A stretch of 64,000 bases of DNA from the human T2T-CHM13v2.0 reference genome, Homo sapiens. Each line of letters begins with the position of its first letter. Position 1 is the stretch's first letter. The stretch lies in NCBI RefSeq assembly GCF_009914755.1, contig NC_060939.1; one strand, given 5' to 3'. The notes under the pieces were generated by a model. The model worked only from the letters and a program-made list of their open reading frames with translations. It was not told where the DNA came from and did no database searches. Positions 43,775 through 59,455 of this stretch are shown here, in pieces. Position numbers and translations under genes: made by a program.

Positions 43775-44307
43775 CTCTCAAATAAAAGGAAACAGATACC
43801 GTTTTTATAGATTAGAAGACAACATTGTTAAGATGTCATCTCACCAAATTGATCTATAGGTCCATTGCATTCTCATTCAGAATCCCAGAAGGGGGTGTAT
43901 GTGTTTGTTTTAATAAATCAACAAGCTGATTCTAAAATTTACATGGAAATGCAAAGGGCTCAGAGTAGCCAAGTTAGTTTTGGAAAAGAACATAGTTGGA
44001 GGGCTTACACTACCTGATTTCAAGGTATACGTCAAAGCTATAGAAAGCAAGACAGTGAGGTATTCGTGTAAAAGCAGCCATATTAGATGGATGGAACAGA
44101 ATAGAGTCCAGAAATAGACCCACACATGTATGATCAATGGATTTTCATCAAAGGGGCCACTGTAATTCAATGGAGAATGGATGGGCTTTTCAACAAGTGA
44201 TGCTGAAACAGTTGGGTATCCATATGGAAAAAAGTGAACCTTGATCCTTAGGTTACACCACATACAAAAATTATCTTGAAATGGATCGTAGACTTTAAGT
44301 AAAACTT
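43775..44307 (+). mobile_element. Old L1M ORF2 internal fragment
   Basis: acaagctgattctaaaatttacatggaaatgcaaagg...tggaacagaatagagtccagaaatagacccacaca. Confidence 0.9.
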
Positions 44308-44411
44308 CCAGTAGTTCCATTAGGCTATTTATTTATTGTTGTCAGTGCAAGGGAGGAGCCAGAGTGCTAAGTGCTGAGAGGGTAACAGGAAGAAAGGGTA
44401 ACAGAAAGTAG

Positions 44412-44857
<446 letters not shown>

Positions 44858-47800
44858 AAAAACATGTTTCTTACTGGTACCTTCAGAGGATAATTTTTGG
44901 TTCTCCCACCTTGCCCTCCTCTTCCTCTTATTTTGCAAGCAAATCTTACTTTAGCTTACACACTGTGCTGATGAAGAGTTGTCTTAAATCTGGCTTACAT
45001 TGATTTAAACCTATTTTAAAATGTGCTAGGAAATCCTGGCATCATGTTAGTAAGCAAGGAATCCTTCTATTTAGCCAGTGTTCTTCCAGAGTTCCTGTCC
45101 TGAGTTTCTGCCCACTGGAGCCCACCTGCCCTCTAATTGGGGTCTGCAGGCGTACATCCTTGCACAACTCTGTAATTTATCTGGTAGCCTCAGGCTGGAG
45201 TGTTTCCTGGACTTCTCAGAACTACAACGTTGGCTCTGTCTTACGCACAAATATGTTAGGTAAAATTTCAAGTCAATCTCCCTCTTCCCTGTGCTTGGTT
45301 AAGAATTGATTTGTGACATCTGTAGGGAGCAAATTAAGGAATTTACAACTGGTACATGAGGAAGGTGGAAGGAAGTTCTCCCTAAACTTAATCTGTAACA
45401 TAGTTTTTGACCTTGTCTGCCTCTATGATGGGGGGCGGACGGGGAAGGGGAAGGGGAGTGTCTGCCTCTTTGGGTAGCCTGAACTTACATTAGCCAAATG
45501 TCATTGAACCTCCATGACTTGAGGCTAGTTACGTGATGGCTGAGTCAATGCCAGGTCTAAGATCATTCTTTCCTTTATTCTATTTATGGAACTAATATCA
45601 AGAGAGCATTTACTTTTTGGCAGGCATTGTTCTAGACGCGGGGAAAACAATTTTGAATAAGACTCATAAAGATCTGGCCCGAATGGAGCCTATATTCTGG
45701 GAGTACAAGTTTCCTGTTAATTTTTCTCTCATGTCTTTCTTTAAAAGCCCAGCACAAATCTAGGAAACTGTGATATCTCCAGGAAGAAGGGACCTCTCTG
45801 TCCTCTGAAATCATTTGTGTGTTGCAGGTTCCAAGAGTGTGGCAGTGGTTATAGCACATTATCTAGTGGCTGCTGGTATGAGGGTTTAGGCTACCCTCTG
45901 GGAAACTGGACTGGGTCAGACCTTTTTTGGGTGTGATGAGGGGCAGAGAGTGAGGAGACTCTGCTATGGTGCCTTCCAAACAGGAAATGTTCAGCAAATA
46001 TTTATTGAGCAAATGCATATCTGCATGAGGTAGTCACATGGGTGGTATTACAAACACCAGACTGGATTCCAGCTCTTCAGATTAACATTTGGAATTCCTA
46101 GGAACTGTGCTGAACCTGGCAAAGATGAGAGCCCTCCTGCCAGGAGATCCTTTAGTTTGTTTCTGGAGCATTCCCAACATGAAAGCTCTCCCATGGAGGT
46201 TGGGGGAGTTTTAAATTGCCAGTGTGTTTGAAACAAGCAACATTGTCTTCTGACCTTTCCCTAGGGTCTTGCATACTTTGATATGGCAGAAGCAGGCGTT
46301 GCTCTGAAGTTATAAATAACTAAGCAACTTGAGAGTTACACTCTAGGGCCCCAAGTTAAAACAGCTGATTCCACTCTTGTTGTAGAGCAGGAAACTATCT
46401 TTTCAAAATCATGTGTGAGCAGCATGGCATTCAAACGGGATATTAATCTTCCTAGAAATTTTACCAGGAAAGCAGAATGCTTCCTTTTCCTCCACCCTTA
46501 TTTTTATTTTTTATTTTTGCTTATGTGTATCTGTCATTTCAGCATATGTGAAGTGAATGACAAGATATTTGTTGTTTTTACTGGTGACAGATGATAAATA
46601 TCTTCATTTCTTTTTAGCTTAAAAACACTTGCTGAACTTTGGTCAGCTGATATAAGGATTAGAAATAATTTTAAGATTATTTAATCTCGTTTTCCCCCAA
46701 AGAATTGATCCAGAAATTGGTATAAAGTCAGAAGGAGAAAAAGAAGGATGAGTTTCTAAGATAAATGTGCTCAGATAATTGCTTTTTATTAAAAGATACT
46801 GTTCTTTTTACTTCTTAGGTGTTGAAATGTCTGTTTTTAATGAGATCGTGCTTCGAGGTTGGTTTCTCAAGACGAAGTTATCAGTCAGCACAATTTGGGA
46901 AAGGTGGGGGTATTCTGCTATGGAATACCAAAGTCTGGTAACTGGTCATCTCATTGAGACCCCCGTGTGATGCTTGAGTTGCCCACCTCCCGCAACCGAG
47001 TCCCCATCAAGTAGGGATGTTTATACAGTGAGTCCCTTGCCCTAAGGCTGGTCCTTCTTTGGGCAGCTTTGACTGAGTTTGGAGAATAATTGCTATTCTG
47101 TGGAAATTTCATAATCATAACCCAGGCAAGTGCCTGGGAGGCAGAGCACAGGTGGGTGGGGGTAAAATGCAGAGTGGGCTTTGGATATCAACTCTGTGAT
47201 TTCTGTGGCCAAAGCAGAAATGCCCATGAGCTTGAGTTAGTGCAGTGAGTTAATTGCATGGTAATTAAATGCTAACATGATTGATCAGAGGAACTGTGTA
47301 ATTGAAGCATAATAAAATGTGGCATGCTTAGTAAGCAATTGAGTTGTCTTCCCAAGGATGTAGGCAGTACTGGGCAGAAGCACAGATGTCTTGAACAAGC
47401 TGTGCAGTGCACAGTTTTGCCCTTTTGTCTTCTGAGGAAGATGTATGGGACTCTAAGGAGTGAAATCCCACATTCCGTACCTGAGAACGAGATTCATAAC
47501 TGTATGTGAGATATTCTTTATTTTGTAGTACTTTGCATACTTTTTGGTATATAGAATATTTACTTGTTATCATTGGTGAAATTTCAAGGTTTTTTTTTGT
47601 TTATGGGTTTTTGGGCTTTTCTGTATGTATTCTGGAATCACCAAGAGGCTTCCATATTGAATTTTCTACAGTAGCTCTCTGAATAAGCCTTAATTGATAT
47701 ATTTGGTAGAGATGAATGAAGATACCATTTAATCGTGGTGGTAAATTTAAATATATGATGTTTCCTTCTGGATGAGTGACTATTTAAGCCCTATAGATGA

Positions 47801-48115
<315 letters not shown>

Positions 48116-48574
48116 AAAGCCCTATAGATGATTTTTGAAACAAATTTTTCATTTCGAAAAGATCTGGACAGTTTGAAATAAAAATGACCAAATTTTCTAT
48201 CAAGTTGAAAAGAAATTTAGAGAAATACGATTTATCAAATAAAAAAGGTAATACCTTGGAATGAATGAAAAAATTAGGTAAATTTTTCATAACTTAGGTA
48301 GCTGTCTTAAATTATCCTGGAAAATATGGGCCAAACTTTGAGTTGAATTTTTAGTACAGCATTTAGATTCATGTTTCTCTATTTACGTTTTTGTGTGTGT
48401 GTGTAATGTTACTTTTAGAGCAGTGGAGGTCTCTACTATCCATTGTTTAATCTCTTCCTTTTGTGAATAGAATAATAATCAATTACTCCTAATCAGTATT
48501 CTTGGTATTTTTGTATATACATGTGATAGTAAGAGTTACATTTATGTGGATGAATTTACTATAAGCCAGCCTGT

Positions 48575-48760
48575 AATCTTAGTGTTTTACTTATTTAGCT
48601 TCCTAACATTCCTATGAGGTAGGTCCTGTTTTTATCTCCATTTTACAGATAAAGAAACTAAACTATAGAAAGCTTAAGTAAGGTGCTTAGGATCCCATAA
48701 GCCAGGGGTTGGACCAAGATGGTCTGGCTCTAGGATCTGTGATCTTAACCATTACCCTAT
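48575..48760 (-). mobile_element. MIR
   Basis: cctatgaggtagg...ctccattttacagataaagaaact...tcttaaccatta. Confidence 0.85.
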
Positions 48761-49884
48761 GCTTCCTGTCTGCGTGTACTGGACATTCTGACTATGATGG
48801 CTTTGGAGTGGTTCAGGATCTTGGACTAGCTACTTCATAAAAATGGATTGGCTTATTTTCCGTAAAATGTCTTGTGTTTGTTTTGTTTTTTTTGAGAAAT
48901 GACCTTTGTATGTTAATACTTTAGTTTGCTAGTAGAGCCTATTTGTTTAGTCATGGCTAACAGCATTTGTTGCGAGTGATTCCATTGATTGAGCTCTATT
49001 TCTGTTACTTTCTAAGTGTTTATCGTGTGATAATAAAAACATACCCAGCTGGCATCTCAAATCTGACTTAGCAAACTTTCAAGGTGTCTTCTAGCAGAAT
49101 CTAGATTCCAAATAGCAGCCCAGCCTTGAGATTGAACTTCTGACACAGCAGTGTGGGTGCGAGGGTCATCCTCTCTCCTATCTTCGGCATAACTTGCCTG
49201 GAATGCACATGTGCTGCTGAGAACGGCCCCTCCTGGTCCTCTGGTCCCCTCCTTGTAACGTCTCACTGATCACACAGAACCAGGGAGGAGAGGGGCTTTC
49301 GGGGGCTTGTCAGGTCATGGCCATCCGTGCGCCTCCTTTACAGACAGGACCACTGAAGCCAGGGGAGGCTGTTGGGCTTGCCTGAGCCACCTCCCACTTC
49401 CCTGCCTGGAACTCCCTCCCTCCGCTCTGCCTCCTAATGCCTGGGCTCCGTTGAGGTGGAGAGAATCCGGTGGCTTTGGATTCCGTGTCCACACCCAGTT
49501 GTTTCCCAGTCAGAAAAAGAAATATTTAGTTTGGGGTTTGGATAAGGATATTAGTTTCAAATTAATCCTGTACTTAAAACATTTTATTTCTGTAAGTCAT
49601 GTGAAAAAAAAATGTTTTTAGCGAATAGGGAAAGTTTTTAAGACAATTGGGATCTTCCCAGTAGTCTGTATTCTCTTCATTCTTTGTGGGGTTTGTTACT
49701 GGCAGCCTTAGTAAAGCATCTTGCAAAACGGGGGCTGGTAAGATGTGGTCCCAGTACCCCAAATGGCTCGTGTTCAGCTTCCCTTCTCATGACAGGTGCT
49801 GCCAGCCCCTTTGGGTCAGCACTGGGCACCCACCAGAGCATGCCATTTTCCTCAGGGGCCCTGGAGAAGGGTTCTGAAGTGGTG

Positions 49885-50130
49885 GCTCTTGAGTGGTGAA
49901 CCAGAGGGTGGGGCCCTGGGCTTTGGGATCAGCTAGGCTTGGGTGTCGCTTAGTAGCTTTGTGCAAATCATTTCATCATTCTGAGCTTCAGTTCCTTAAG
50001 CTGTAAAATGGTGCTTACCTTATGCAGTAGTTGAGATAATTTAGATGATGAGATGGCATAGAAATAGGTATATGATGATAATATATGTATCATATTTAAA
50101 TCTTGCCCAACACATAGTAAAACATACTAC
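49885..50130 (+). mobile_element. MIR
   Basis: ctgagcttcagttccttaagctgtaaaatgg...acacatagtaa. Confidence 0.7.
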
Positions 50131-51606
50131 TTTGAGCTGGGCCTATGGCTTAGCATGTCATTTAATGTGTAAGTTATGGGTATTGTAATTTGGGAGCCCC
50201 TATGGAGCCTCTGTTCTTTTATCCCCACTAATTCATGCATGGTGATGTTTTGCCTGCTCCAGGGCGATGCTGTGGCAGGTGACTGAGGGTTTGCTGACCT
50301 TGCAGGAGAGACAGTGAGTGCCTGGGCACCAAGCAGTGCCCTTTCTCTGCCCTGCCTGCCCCCAGTGCCTCCAGGTCCTTGGAATGACTCTCTGAGAATT
50401 AATAGAATGTGTTTTTATGTATGTGAAAGAAGACAACCCCCAGAGAATCCAGTTACGTGCTATAGAGTGATACCACATGCTCTTCCTAAGTCTAGGAAAA
50501 GAATTGTATCTGGAATGAAGTGTAAAAGTTAAGACACAAAGATTGTCCTTTGGCCCCAAGTACAATTCGAAAGCATTTTGACAAGAACGTCTTACAATAT
50601 TAGTGGCTTGATTATTTATTTTGTGCTGTTCATATCTCACCCAATGCTAGGCTCTACAGCTAAGTCGTCTTTCTGTCTTCACTATGGAGTGACCTCCAGA
50701 CATTGACCCCTCCTGTGGTTGTACTGTTTCAAGCTGTTTTGATAAGGCTGAACTAGGATGATCAGGGCATGGCAAAACAGCTATTAGCAGCACTTGTTAT
50801 TAATGACATATGAACGTGGTAAAATATACGGGCTTCCGATGAGTCTATTAGTGTGTTTTTTTATGTTTAGGAATGTTTCTAAGTTGAAGAGCTGAGGAGT
50901 ATATAAGAATGACTCCATACTTTTCCATGAAAATTCAACACCTGTCCTCAAAACAGCTGGGTCTAGCTCCAAATTGCCCACTGTAGTCTTGTGAAAATTT
51001 CTTTGAATTCTCCCTTTTTTTCTCAAAAATACTTGGATTTCACATTCTATCCCATAGTGCATTTTATTTGTTTTTATGTTAAAATGCTACTTTTCTTCGC
51101 AAATGTTAGAGGAGGGTTGACTTGCCTGGAAGAGGTGCCATGTTCATCTTGCAGCTCCCCTACCTGCTGTAGGCCCTGGGGGAGTCTCCCTCCCCACCCC
51201 ACCCCCAGCGTGAGAAGCGGAGTCCTTTCTGCCACTGACAGAGGGATGTTTCTGGGAGTAAGCGGTATGCTTCATGGAGTTCACCCCTGAATTTTGAGGA
51301 TTGACCCCAATTTCCTTAGTTATTTTGAAATTTCTAGAGATTGGTATATCTAACTCAGGATGAGATCATTTATGTTTAAACCATTCTTTTGAGCTAGAGT
51401 GGAATGAGTGACCCCATTTTTCTGAATTTCTTGCCTTTAGTTAAAACAAAAATCGGTGTTTAACTTGCCTTCAGATGATCTCTTCTGGGTGTTTTTCTGA
51501 GAAGACACTCTCAAAACCCAGCAGTAACCCTGGTCGATTTTGCACCTGTGCCTGAAATGCTCCCTTGCCGTGCCCTGGTGTCTAGTCCTGGTCAGTGCAC
51601 TCAGGA

Positions 51607-51678
51607 GGCTTGCAAAACTCAACTCTAGTCCTAAATACTCCTCTTCCAGCACTTACTTCTTCAGTCACAAAGTTGCTT
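51607..51678 (+). repeat. 72-bp dispersed direct repeat, copy 1
   Basis: 67/72 identical to 52494-52565. Confidence 0.95.
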
Positions 51679-52493
51679 TGCCCACCCAGCTGCTGTCCTG
51701 GGTCACAGCTGGAAGCAGAAAAGTCTAAGCTTAGTATACTTTGGATGATGTTTTTTACACTTTTGCCACATGACAGACTCTAGAGCCCCTCAGCATCTTT
51801 TTGTGTGGTTTGGATCTGCCACAGGAATGGGGAATGTTAGTCTTTTAATGGTGAAATTACTACATCATTTCTTGGGCCCTCTGACTGAGTCGGTTGTCTA
51901 TTCTCAGAAGAGGCTCACTTCTGGACCTCTCGGTTCAGAAATCTGCTCTCTCTTAGTGGAAAATTATTTCCCTTCCTTTCTTTGTTTAACCTTTCCCCCA
52001 TTCTGGATAACATATTGATCCTAAGTAGCATAGTAACTCTAAGAAGTCACCCAAAGTCCCACAGAAACTTAAATTGCTGTAGAGGCTACTCATAACTAAA
52101 TAGACCACTCTGTCTTGCCCTTTAAGATACTTATAGTAGACTTAAAAAATTTAGATGGTAATTGCTGAGAGACATGATGTGCTCTTTCCGAGTGTACATT
52201 TTCTTTCTTCTCATGGATGGTATTTGAGGTTCTGTAATGACATTAGTTTGACAGACATAGAGCCAACCATAAAAAAATTCATGGGTTACCCTTGCATTGA
52301 AGTAAGTCAGTGAAATGAGTGGCTGTTTGTCCAGATGTTATTTGTCCACAGTGTGTTCCAGTTTCTTGGAAGGAGAACCATCCTACACAAATCCTCCATG
52401 CTGCTCTGCTGGTTTGGGTCAGGATGTTTTGGGCATCTTCAAGACTTCCCTCTCCTGTTTGGATTGGTAACAGTATCTGTTTCCCATTCATCT

Positions 52494-52565
52494 GGCTTGC
52501 AAAACTGAACTCTAGTCTTAAATCCTCCTCTTCCAGCACTTATTTCTTCAGTCACAAAATTGCTT
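52494..52565 (+). repeat. 72-bp dispersed direct repeat, copy 2
   Basis: 67/72 identical to 51607-51678. Confidence 0.95.
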
Positions 52566-53124
52566 CAAGCCTGCTTTCCTGACCTCCTGATTCAAGGATT
52601 CTAATTTCTTCTAGTTAGCTTTGATTGGTGCCCTGACCTCTAATCTCTCAATATCCCCCTTTCATGCATCCAAGTGGCAGCTGCTACATAGGCATTCCCA
52701 AGTTCTCCACTTTGCTCCAGCTGTCCTTCCTGCCTTAGGAGCCTCTGGTCATGCTGAGTCCTTCTCACAATGATGACCTAGATCCTCCATCTCTCCCGAC
52801 ATGGTCCAGCCACAGCCCCCTCCTTACTGCTTTGCAGGCCCTTTGCTGTGCTTTTCCTTTGCTTGCTGTGCCTGTCTACCTGTTGCCAGATGTTGAGGGC
52901 CACCTTGTTTCCCAAAGCCAGCTCCAGTGATCCCTCTTTTGTGGTCCCTCCCAACACCTGCCTGCCAGGTGGGAAGTGATAGCTTTCCTGCTCAGCATCT
53001 GTGATGCGTTGTCTCTTCCTAGTGCTGGTGTCCTTTGCTTTGTGTTAGAACTTTCTGCTCTGTTGTAAATGTTGGATTTCCTTCCTGTTTCGACAGGGAA
53101 ATGTCTTATAGCCTGGGGTCAGCT

Positions 53125-53325
53125 GGAACAGTGGAGGGAGTGTATCCCATAACCTTGTAGACCTTTACCTTTTGCTAAGGGCAAGTCACTTAACCTCCAG
53201 TTACCCATTTGTGAAATGGCCCATCATTCTTCCCCTGCAGGGTGATAGTGATGATGAAAAATGAGGTGTAACAGATACTAAAGGGTCTAGCAGAGTGTCT
53301 GGCATATGGACAACTCAGTAAATGC
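53125..53325 (+). mobile_element. MIR
   Basis: gggcaagtcacttaacctc...catttgtgaaatgg...ctcagtaaatg. Confidence 0.8.
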
Positions 53326-54839
53326 CAGATCCTTCTCTAGGTTTCAATCCAGATAGGGTCTAGAAGAAGTTCTACACAAAATTGGTGCTAAATAAATATT
53401 GATGGAATTGCAAACCCTTTCAGAACCTGTTTGGCATTTTGTAGCTGCAGATTAAATGGTGTAAAAGCCTGTAGCCTTGTGTGTTGGAGCTGTGACTCTG
53501 GCTCTGTTACACTGATTTCTGTCTTTAGTCTAGGGCGGAGAATATTCCAGATCTCTTACAAGTTAACCCCTCCGCCCTCTACTAACCAAAGCAAAAGAAA
53601 TTCTTGTCAAGGAGTTGGCAGAAACCTCAACATTAGCTTTGCTATAACTTGAAAGACACAACTTTCTAGTTTTTGCATAATATATGCGCACAGCACACAC
53701 TGTACCTAGCTGCTTTACTTTGGTCACCAGTTGCTTGTTGGCTACTAGCCTAGTATGCGAACACCTCCAGCTTTTTTAGTTCTTGTTGGTAATTAATTTC
53801 CTAGAGGCTCTTATTACTTGTGAACAAAACTTTTGAATACATTATGAATGAGGTTTTACCTGATGTCATTATGTCAGTAGTGTTATGAAAAAAATAACCA
53901 TAAAACTTTCTTCATTGTGGCAGTGAAGTATAATTCTGTTAAAAAGATCAAATGTCTAATGCTCTTAAGAAAAATCCTGAGTCTCCCTTTACAAGTACGT
54001 ATGGCATGTTGGGAACAAAGTTTTAATACGGTGCTTTTTTCCCCTCTCAAAGGTCTTTTATAACCTGTTTTAGGCAGATGAGCTTGTTTGATTAAGAGTG
54101 GTAATTAATTCACAGTGGTCATTAGCATGTAAATATAATGTGACCTTCACATACTGTAAGAAGAGATTTTATTTTAGCAGTTCATGGGCATTGACTTTTG
54201 ACAGAGGGAAAGAAAGGGAAATTGTATCAGTTAGTTTGGTGTATTATTTCAAAACATGGAAATTAATTTTGTGTCAGGTTGTAATTGTAATTGAAGTGTT
54301 AAAGACTTCGAGAGTGGTAAATTGCATTTAATCTCTCAGTAGTCCTTAAGTGAGTATTCAACAGTTATCTTCCTAAATAATTGGCATTGCTAATGAGAAG
54401 AGTTAAATCAGTTTCTATCTTTACCCTGTTGGAGTGTGGAATTAACAAACTGGGAAAATGAAAACTTTCAACTTTCCCAGAAGAGAGTAAATATGCAAAA
54501 TGCCATTTAAAAAAATATAACTCACTTACACCAAGGAGAGCGGAAATGTAAGTCTGGAACATTTTGTGGAGAGGAGCAGGTATGAGGCAAAGGTACAGAC
54601 CTAGGAATTAAGAGCACGTGAACCTTGGAACTCCCTACACACTCTGTTTCCTTCTCTGTCAAATGAAGCTGCTTAGCTAGAGAAGATCTAAGGCCCATTT
54701 TAATGCTAAGATTTTTATTATTTCTGTTTCTCTGATTTTTTTCATCTTCTATTTAAATCTGTGTGGTAGATGGCTATCTTCAGTCATACTCCCAATATAA
54801 TTTTAATCCCCCCAAAAGTATATTTATCATATCAGTTAG

Positions 54840-55045
54840 CTCTTGCTATTAGCTCAGCACTGTGTTGGTGAGATTGATCCATGTTGTTGTTTGCATGACT
54901 GGTTTGTTCATTTTTATTGCTGCATAGTAATCCATTGTGTGAATATACTATAATTTATCCATTTTACTGTCACTGGAAATTTGCATAGTTTCCAGACTTT
55001 GGCTACTCCAAAGAGCCAGCAAGTTGTGGTCTTGTTTTCTGGCAT
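54840..55045 (-). mobile_element. Old L1ME fragment
   Basis: gagattgatccatgttgttg...ccattgtgtgaatatactataatttatccatt. Confidence 0.8.
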
Positions 55046-57444
55046 ACCTGTGTGCAGGAATTTAAAACTTTCTCTTTCTCCTTTTCTTTGAAATATAACT
55101 ATAACAGATCCTATTATGTGTTGGGTTTAGTAAACTTTGTGATGAGTGTTCTCCCTGAAGGAGAGGGCATTTCTTACTTAGATACAAGAAATTATCCTTA
55201 GGCTTATCTGTGTAGACATACTACCAGTGACTAAAGGATCACTGAAAACATGCATACAGTTTCTAGTTTTTAATTTGATCTTCATTTTAAGTGCCTTCTG
55301 TGCATGTTGGGGTTTTTGGTGTTTTTCACACATCTGATTTTTTTTCAGACGTGTGTTTTTATATCAGACTCCAGTGAATTCTTTTGGTAGTGGACAGGTC
55401 GTAAAGTATAAATAAATCCAGCAGAACATACTTGCCATTCCTCTTGTAGGCACCCTCTGCCTGTCCTTTATGTGTGCTGGGCTTGCCCCATAGCAGCTGT
55501 GGTTGCTGGCATGTCCCGCTGTGCAGTAGCTCGCTGCTGCTGAACCCCCTATGCAACAAGATCCTGGGTGGGGAAGGGCAGCTCAGGTATGATGTGGCCA
55601 GGACTCGAAGGGAGCCAATCAAGTGTGAATTTCAAAACTGAAGACATTTGATTAGTGTGACTCTACTTTGTGGATCATCCAATGCAACCATCTCTTTTTA
55701 CAGGTGGAGACCTGGGTTTAGAGAGGTCAAGTGACTTGTGCAAGTAGAGACCATGTCTTTTGCTGCCGTTTCCGTTGCAGCTTATATGAAATTATTATTT
55801 ATAGTTGAGAGGGTAAGGCAGTATGAAAAGAAGACAGTGTGCTCACAATTTATTATAGTTTTTGGCAATAAGAGCTTCTAAATTAGGTCCAGAACAACAT
55901 GTGAGTTTGCCTTCTCCTTTTTGCAAATGACATACAGCATCCTTTCCTCTTTGGATTATGTTTTCAGTGTTTTTATATGGGTCATAGGTTTATTTTGGTC
56001 CTAATCACATTATGCAGTTAGGAGTTTTGCTGCTCTGCCTGAAGAATTCTACATTTTACTCTATTTGTTTTGACTACAAATAAGACAAAATGTGTCTGTC
56101 AGGTGAAGGAACATATTCACTCTATGGTGTTGGTAGTGACCTATAATTATCTCAAATCTTTTGATTTCAACTTTGGGTGCATGCTTGCTTCTGGACAGCT
56201 GTTGCAGCCTTGATCCGCCTCTTGTCTCTTTTCTTCCCATGGCTGAAGGCCTGGTGGTGTCCTTCTGCCTTTGGTACCATCAGTCTCTGCCCACCCAGCT
56301 TAATTGGACAGAAGCTCTAGGGGGCAGGTGATCAATCATACCACGACTCATTTGCCTGTGCAGTCATTCTTAGTAGCTTTGCCTCGTATCATTTTGAGAG
56401 CAGAAAGTTTTTTTGGGGCTGCTTATTTAAGATTTTAGGTAGGAGGTGAGGTAATTGCATGAGGCAGAATTAGGTATTGATAAACTTGGTCCTGAGTTTT
56501 ATTGGAAAGGTGTAGGTTGACTGGAGTGGAGGGAGATGTGGGTTTCACTGGAACTATCCAGTGATGGGATTGTTCTGACTATGATGCTGTAGATTGAAGA
56601 TATTGCTGCTCCGTCACCATGTGGCACCTCCTCACTGTTACTATTTCATTGAAGATCAGTGGATACGGATGAAAGAGCTAATAATATTTCAGTGGCTGGT
56701 GGATGTTCTGAAGCCAAGGATGGCGAGAGGTTGCTGCTAATTCAGAGATTACCAAACCTTCGCCGTTCCTCCCACTTTGTGCCTTGGAGTCCCCACTTTC
56801 TGCACCTGTGCCTTTCATCCTTTAGCCTCTTTGTCCAGTCTTTACTACTCCTTAGGCTCACCCTTGTCCCTTTGTCCTCTTCCTTTTCCTTCATACCCTG
56901 AACTGCTGTTAGTAGAAAATCACAGTAAAGGTTCACACATTTGTTGTACTTGGAATAAAATGGGATGTTTCATGTTTTTGCTTGAAAAATAACTGAGTTA
57001 AATCCTTATAGATACAAACATAAAGATATCCCAAACAAAATTGTTTCTACTTTTAAGTTTGCTTGGGGGCCATGGTGGTTTACCCCCACTGCATTTGCCG
57101 AGCAGTGGAGAAAAATGAGGTGGTGATTGCTGTTTTGCAATGAACCTGAATAATTATTCCACACCCCCAATATTTTAATTTTGTACCCCTTTTGTAAACA
57201 AAAAAATGACATTGGCCAGGAGAATGAGGACTCTACTTACATTCTAATTTGTTTTTTAAAAGTCAAACACACCGCTAATGTTATAAGAGAATTGGTGCTT
57301 TGTGGCTTACCACATTACCCACTTGGAAAAACAAACATGTTAATTCTAAGGAACATACTGATTTGATGGTACAAAAGTTTCCCAGACCTGTTGGGTAAGT
57401 CTGTTTGTCTCTTTCTTTTTTTAAATGAAATAATTATGGGAGAC

Positions 57445-57930
<486 letters not shown>

Positions 57931-58186
57931 AGCACATTTCTTTATAGTTATTTGTGTCGGAGGCAGGAAGGAGCCACACAGCTTGGAGAAGTAGGAGGAG
58001 CGTAGGTTTTGAAGACAAATAGACATGGGTTCAGATTTCAGCTCACTAGCAAGTTTGGTATGACTTTAAACTTGTCTGAGCCTCAGGTTTCTCAACTGAA
58101 AATTAAATTTCTATCTACTTTATCAGTGTTTTGAGGACTAAATGGGCTAGAACATGCAAAATATGGTGAACGGTGGAGAGCCGTGA

Positions 58187-58770
<584 letters not shown>

Positions 58771-59455
58771 AGATCTGGGGCTTTTAGGTGAGACAAACCC
58801 TTTCCTCCTGAGTGTGCTTTTTATATAAAAGGTAGACATTTCCCCAGCAATTGAAGTTGGCCGTCTCAGTACCTTTGGGTGGGGGTAGTTAAGTACCTCT
58901 CACTTACATTGGTAAATAACTCATAAATATTAATGACAGCCCAAGTCAACTCTTGGCCTGGACCATGTTGATTTTTCTGTTAGTGTTCACACCTTTATTT
59001 TAAGCTTATCCCTGGTGGCTCATAAATGAGACACTGAGGGAATTTGTTTCCTGTGCCTTTTCAATGTAAATTATTGGCTGGTGATGATGATAGCATATTA
59101 AATAAGCTTAACCTTGGAAGCTTAGCCTCTTTGCAGAATAGAGAACTGTAAATTGAAGACTCCAGTGTTCTCTTACTTTTACAGGCTGATACAGGGTATG
59201 CCAGCTGCTAGGATTAGGCTAGGAAGCAAAAGTGATTGGTAAAGGAGAGTGGGTCTTGTCAGTGGTGTATGCAGAAGGAAGAGTATAATGTGTAGCAGCA
59301 AATTTCTGTTTGATGGTTGAGGACTATAAAATTGGCTACACAGTTTTCAGTGAAAGACATTTTCTAGAAAGGAGTGTGTTACGTGCATATGAAATTGAAG
59401 TTGTATTTCTAGGAAAATATTCCTGAAACTTTAAAAAAGTTTTTTAGTTAGTGTT

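Noticed and set aside
43910-44320. 136-aa minus-strand ORF
   Set aside because: Antisense reading of an old L1 ORF2 fragment
59165-59201. Possible 11-nt micro-exon cag|gctgatacagg|gtatgc
   Set aside because: Not frame-preserving, moderate donor, expected by chance
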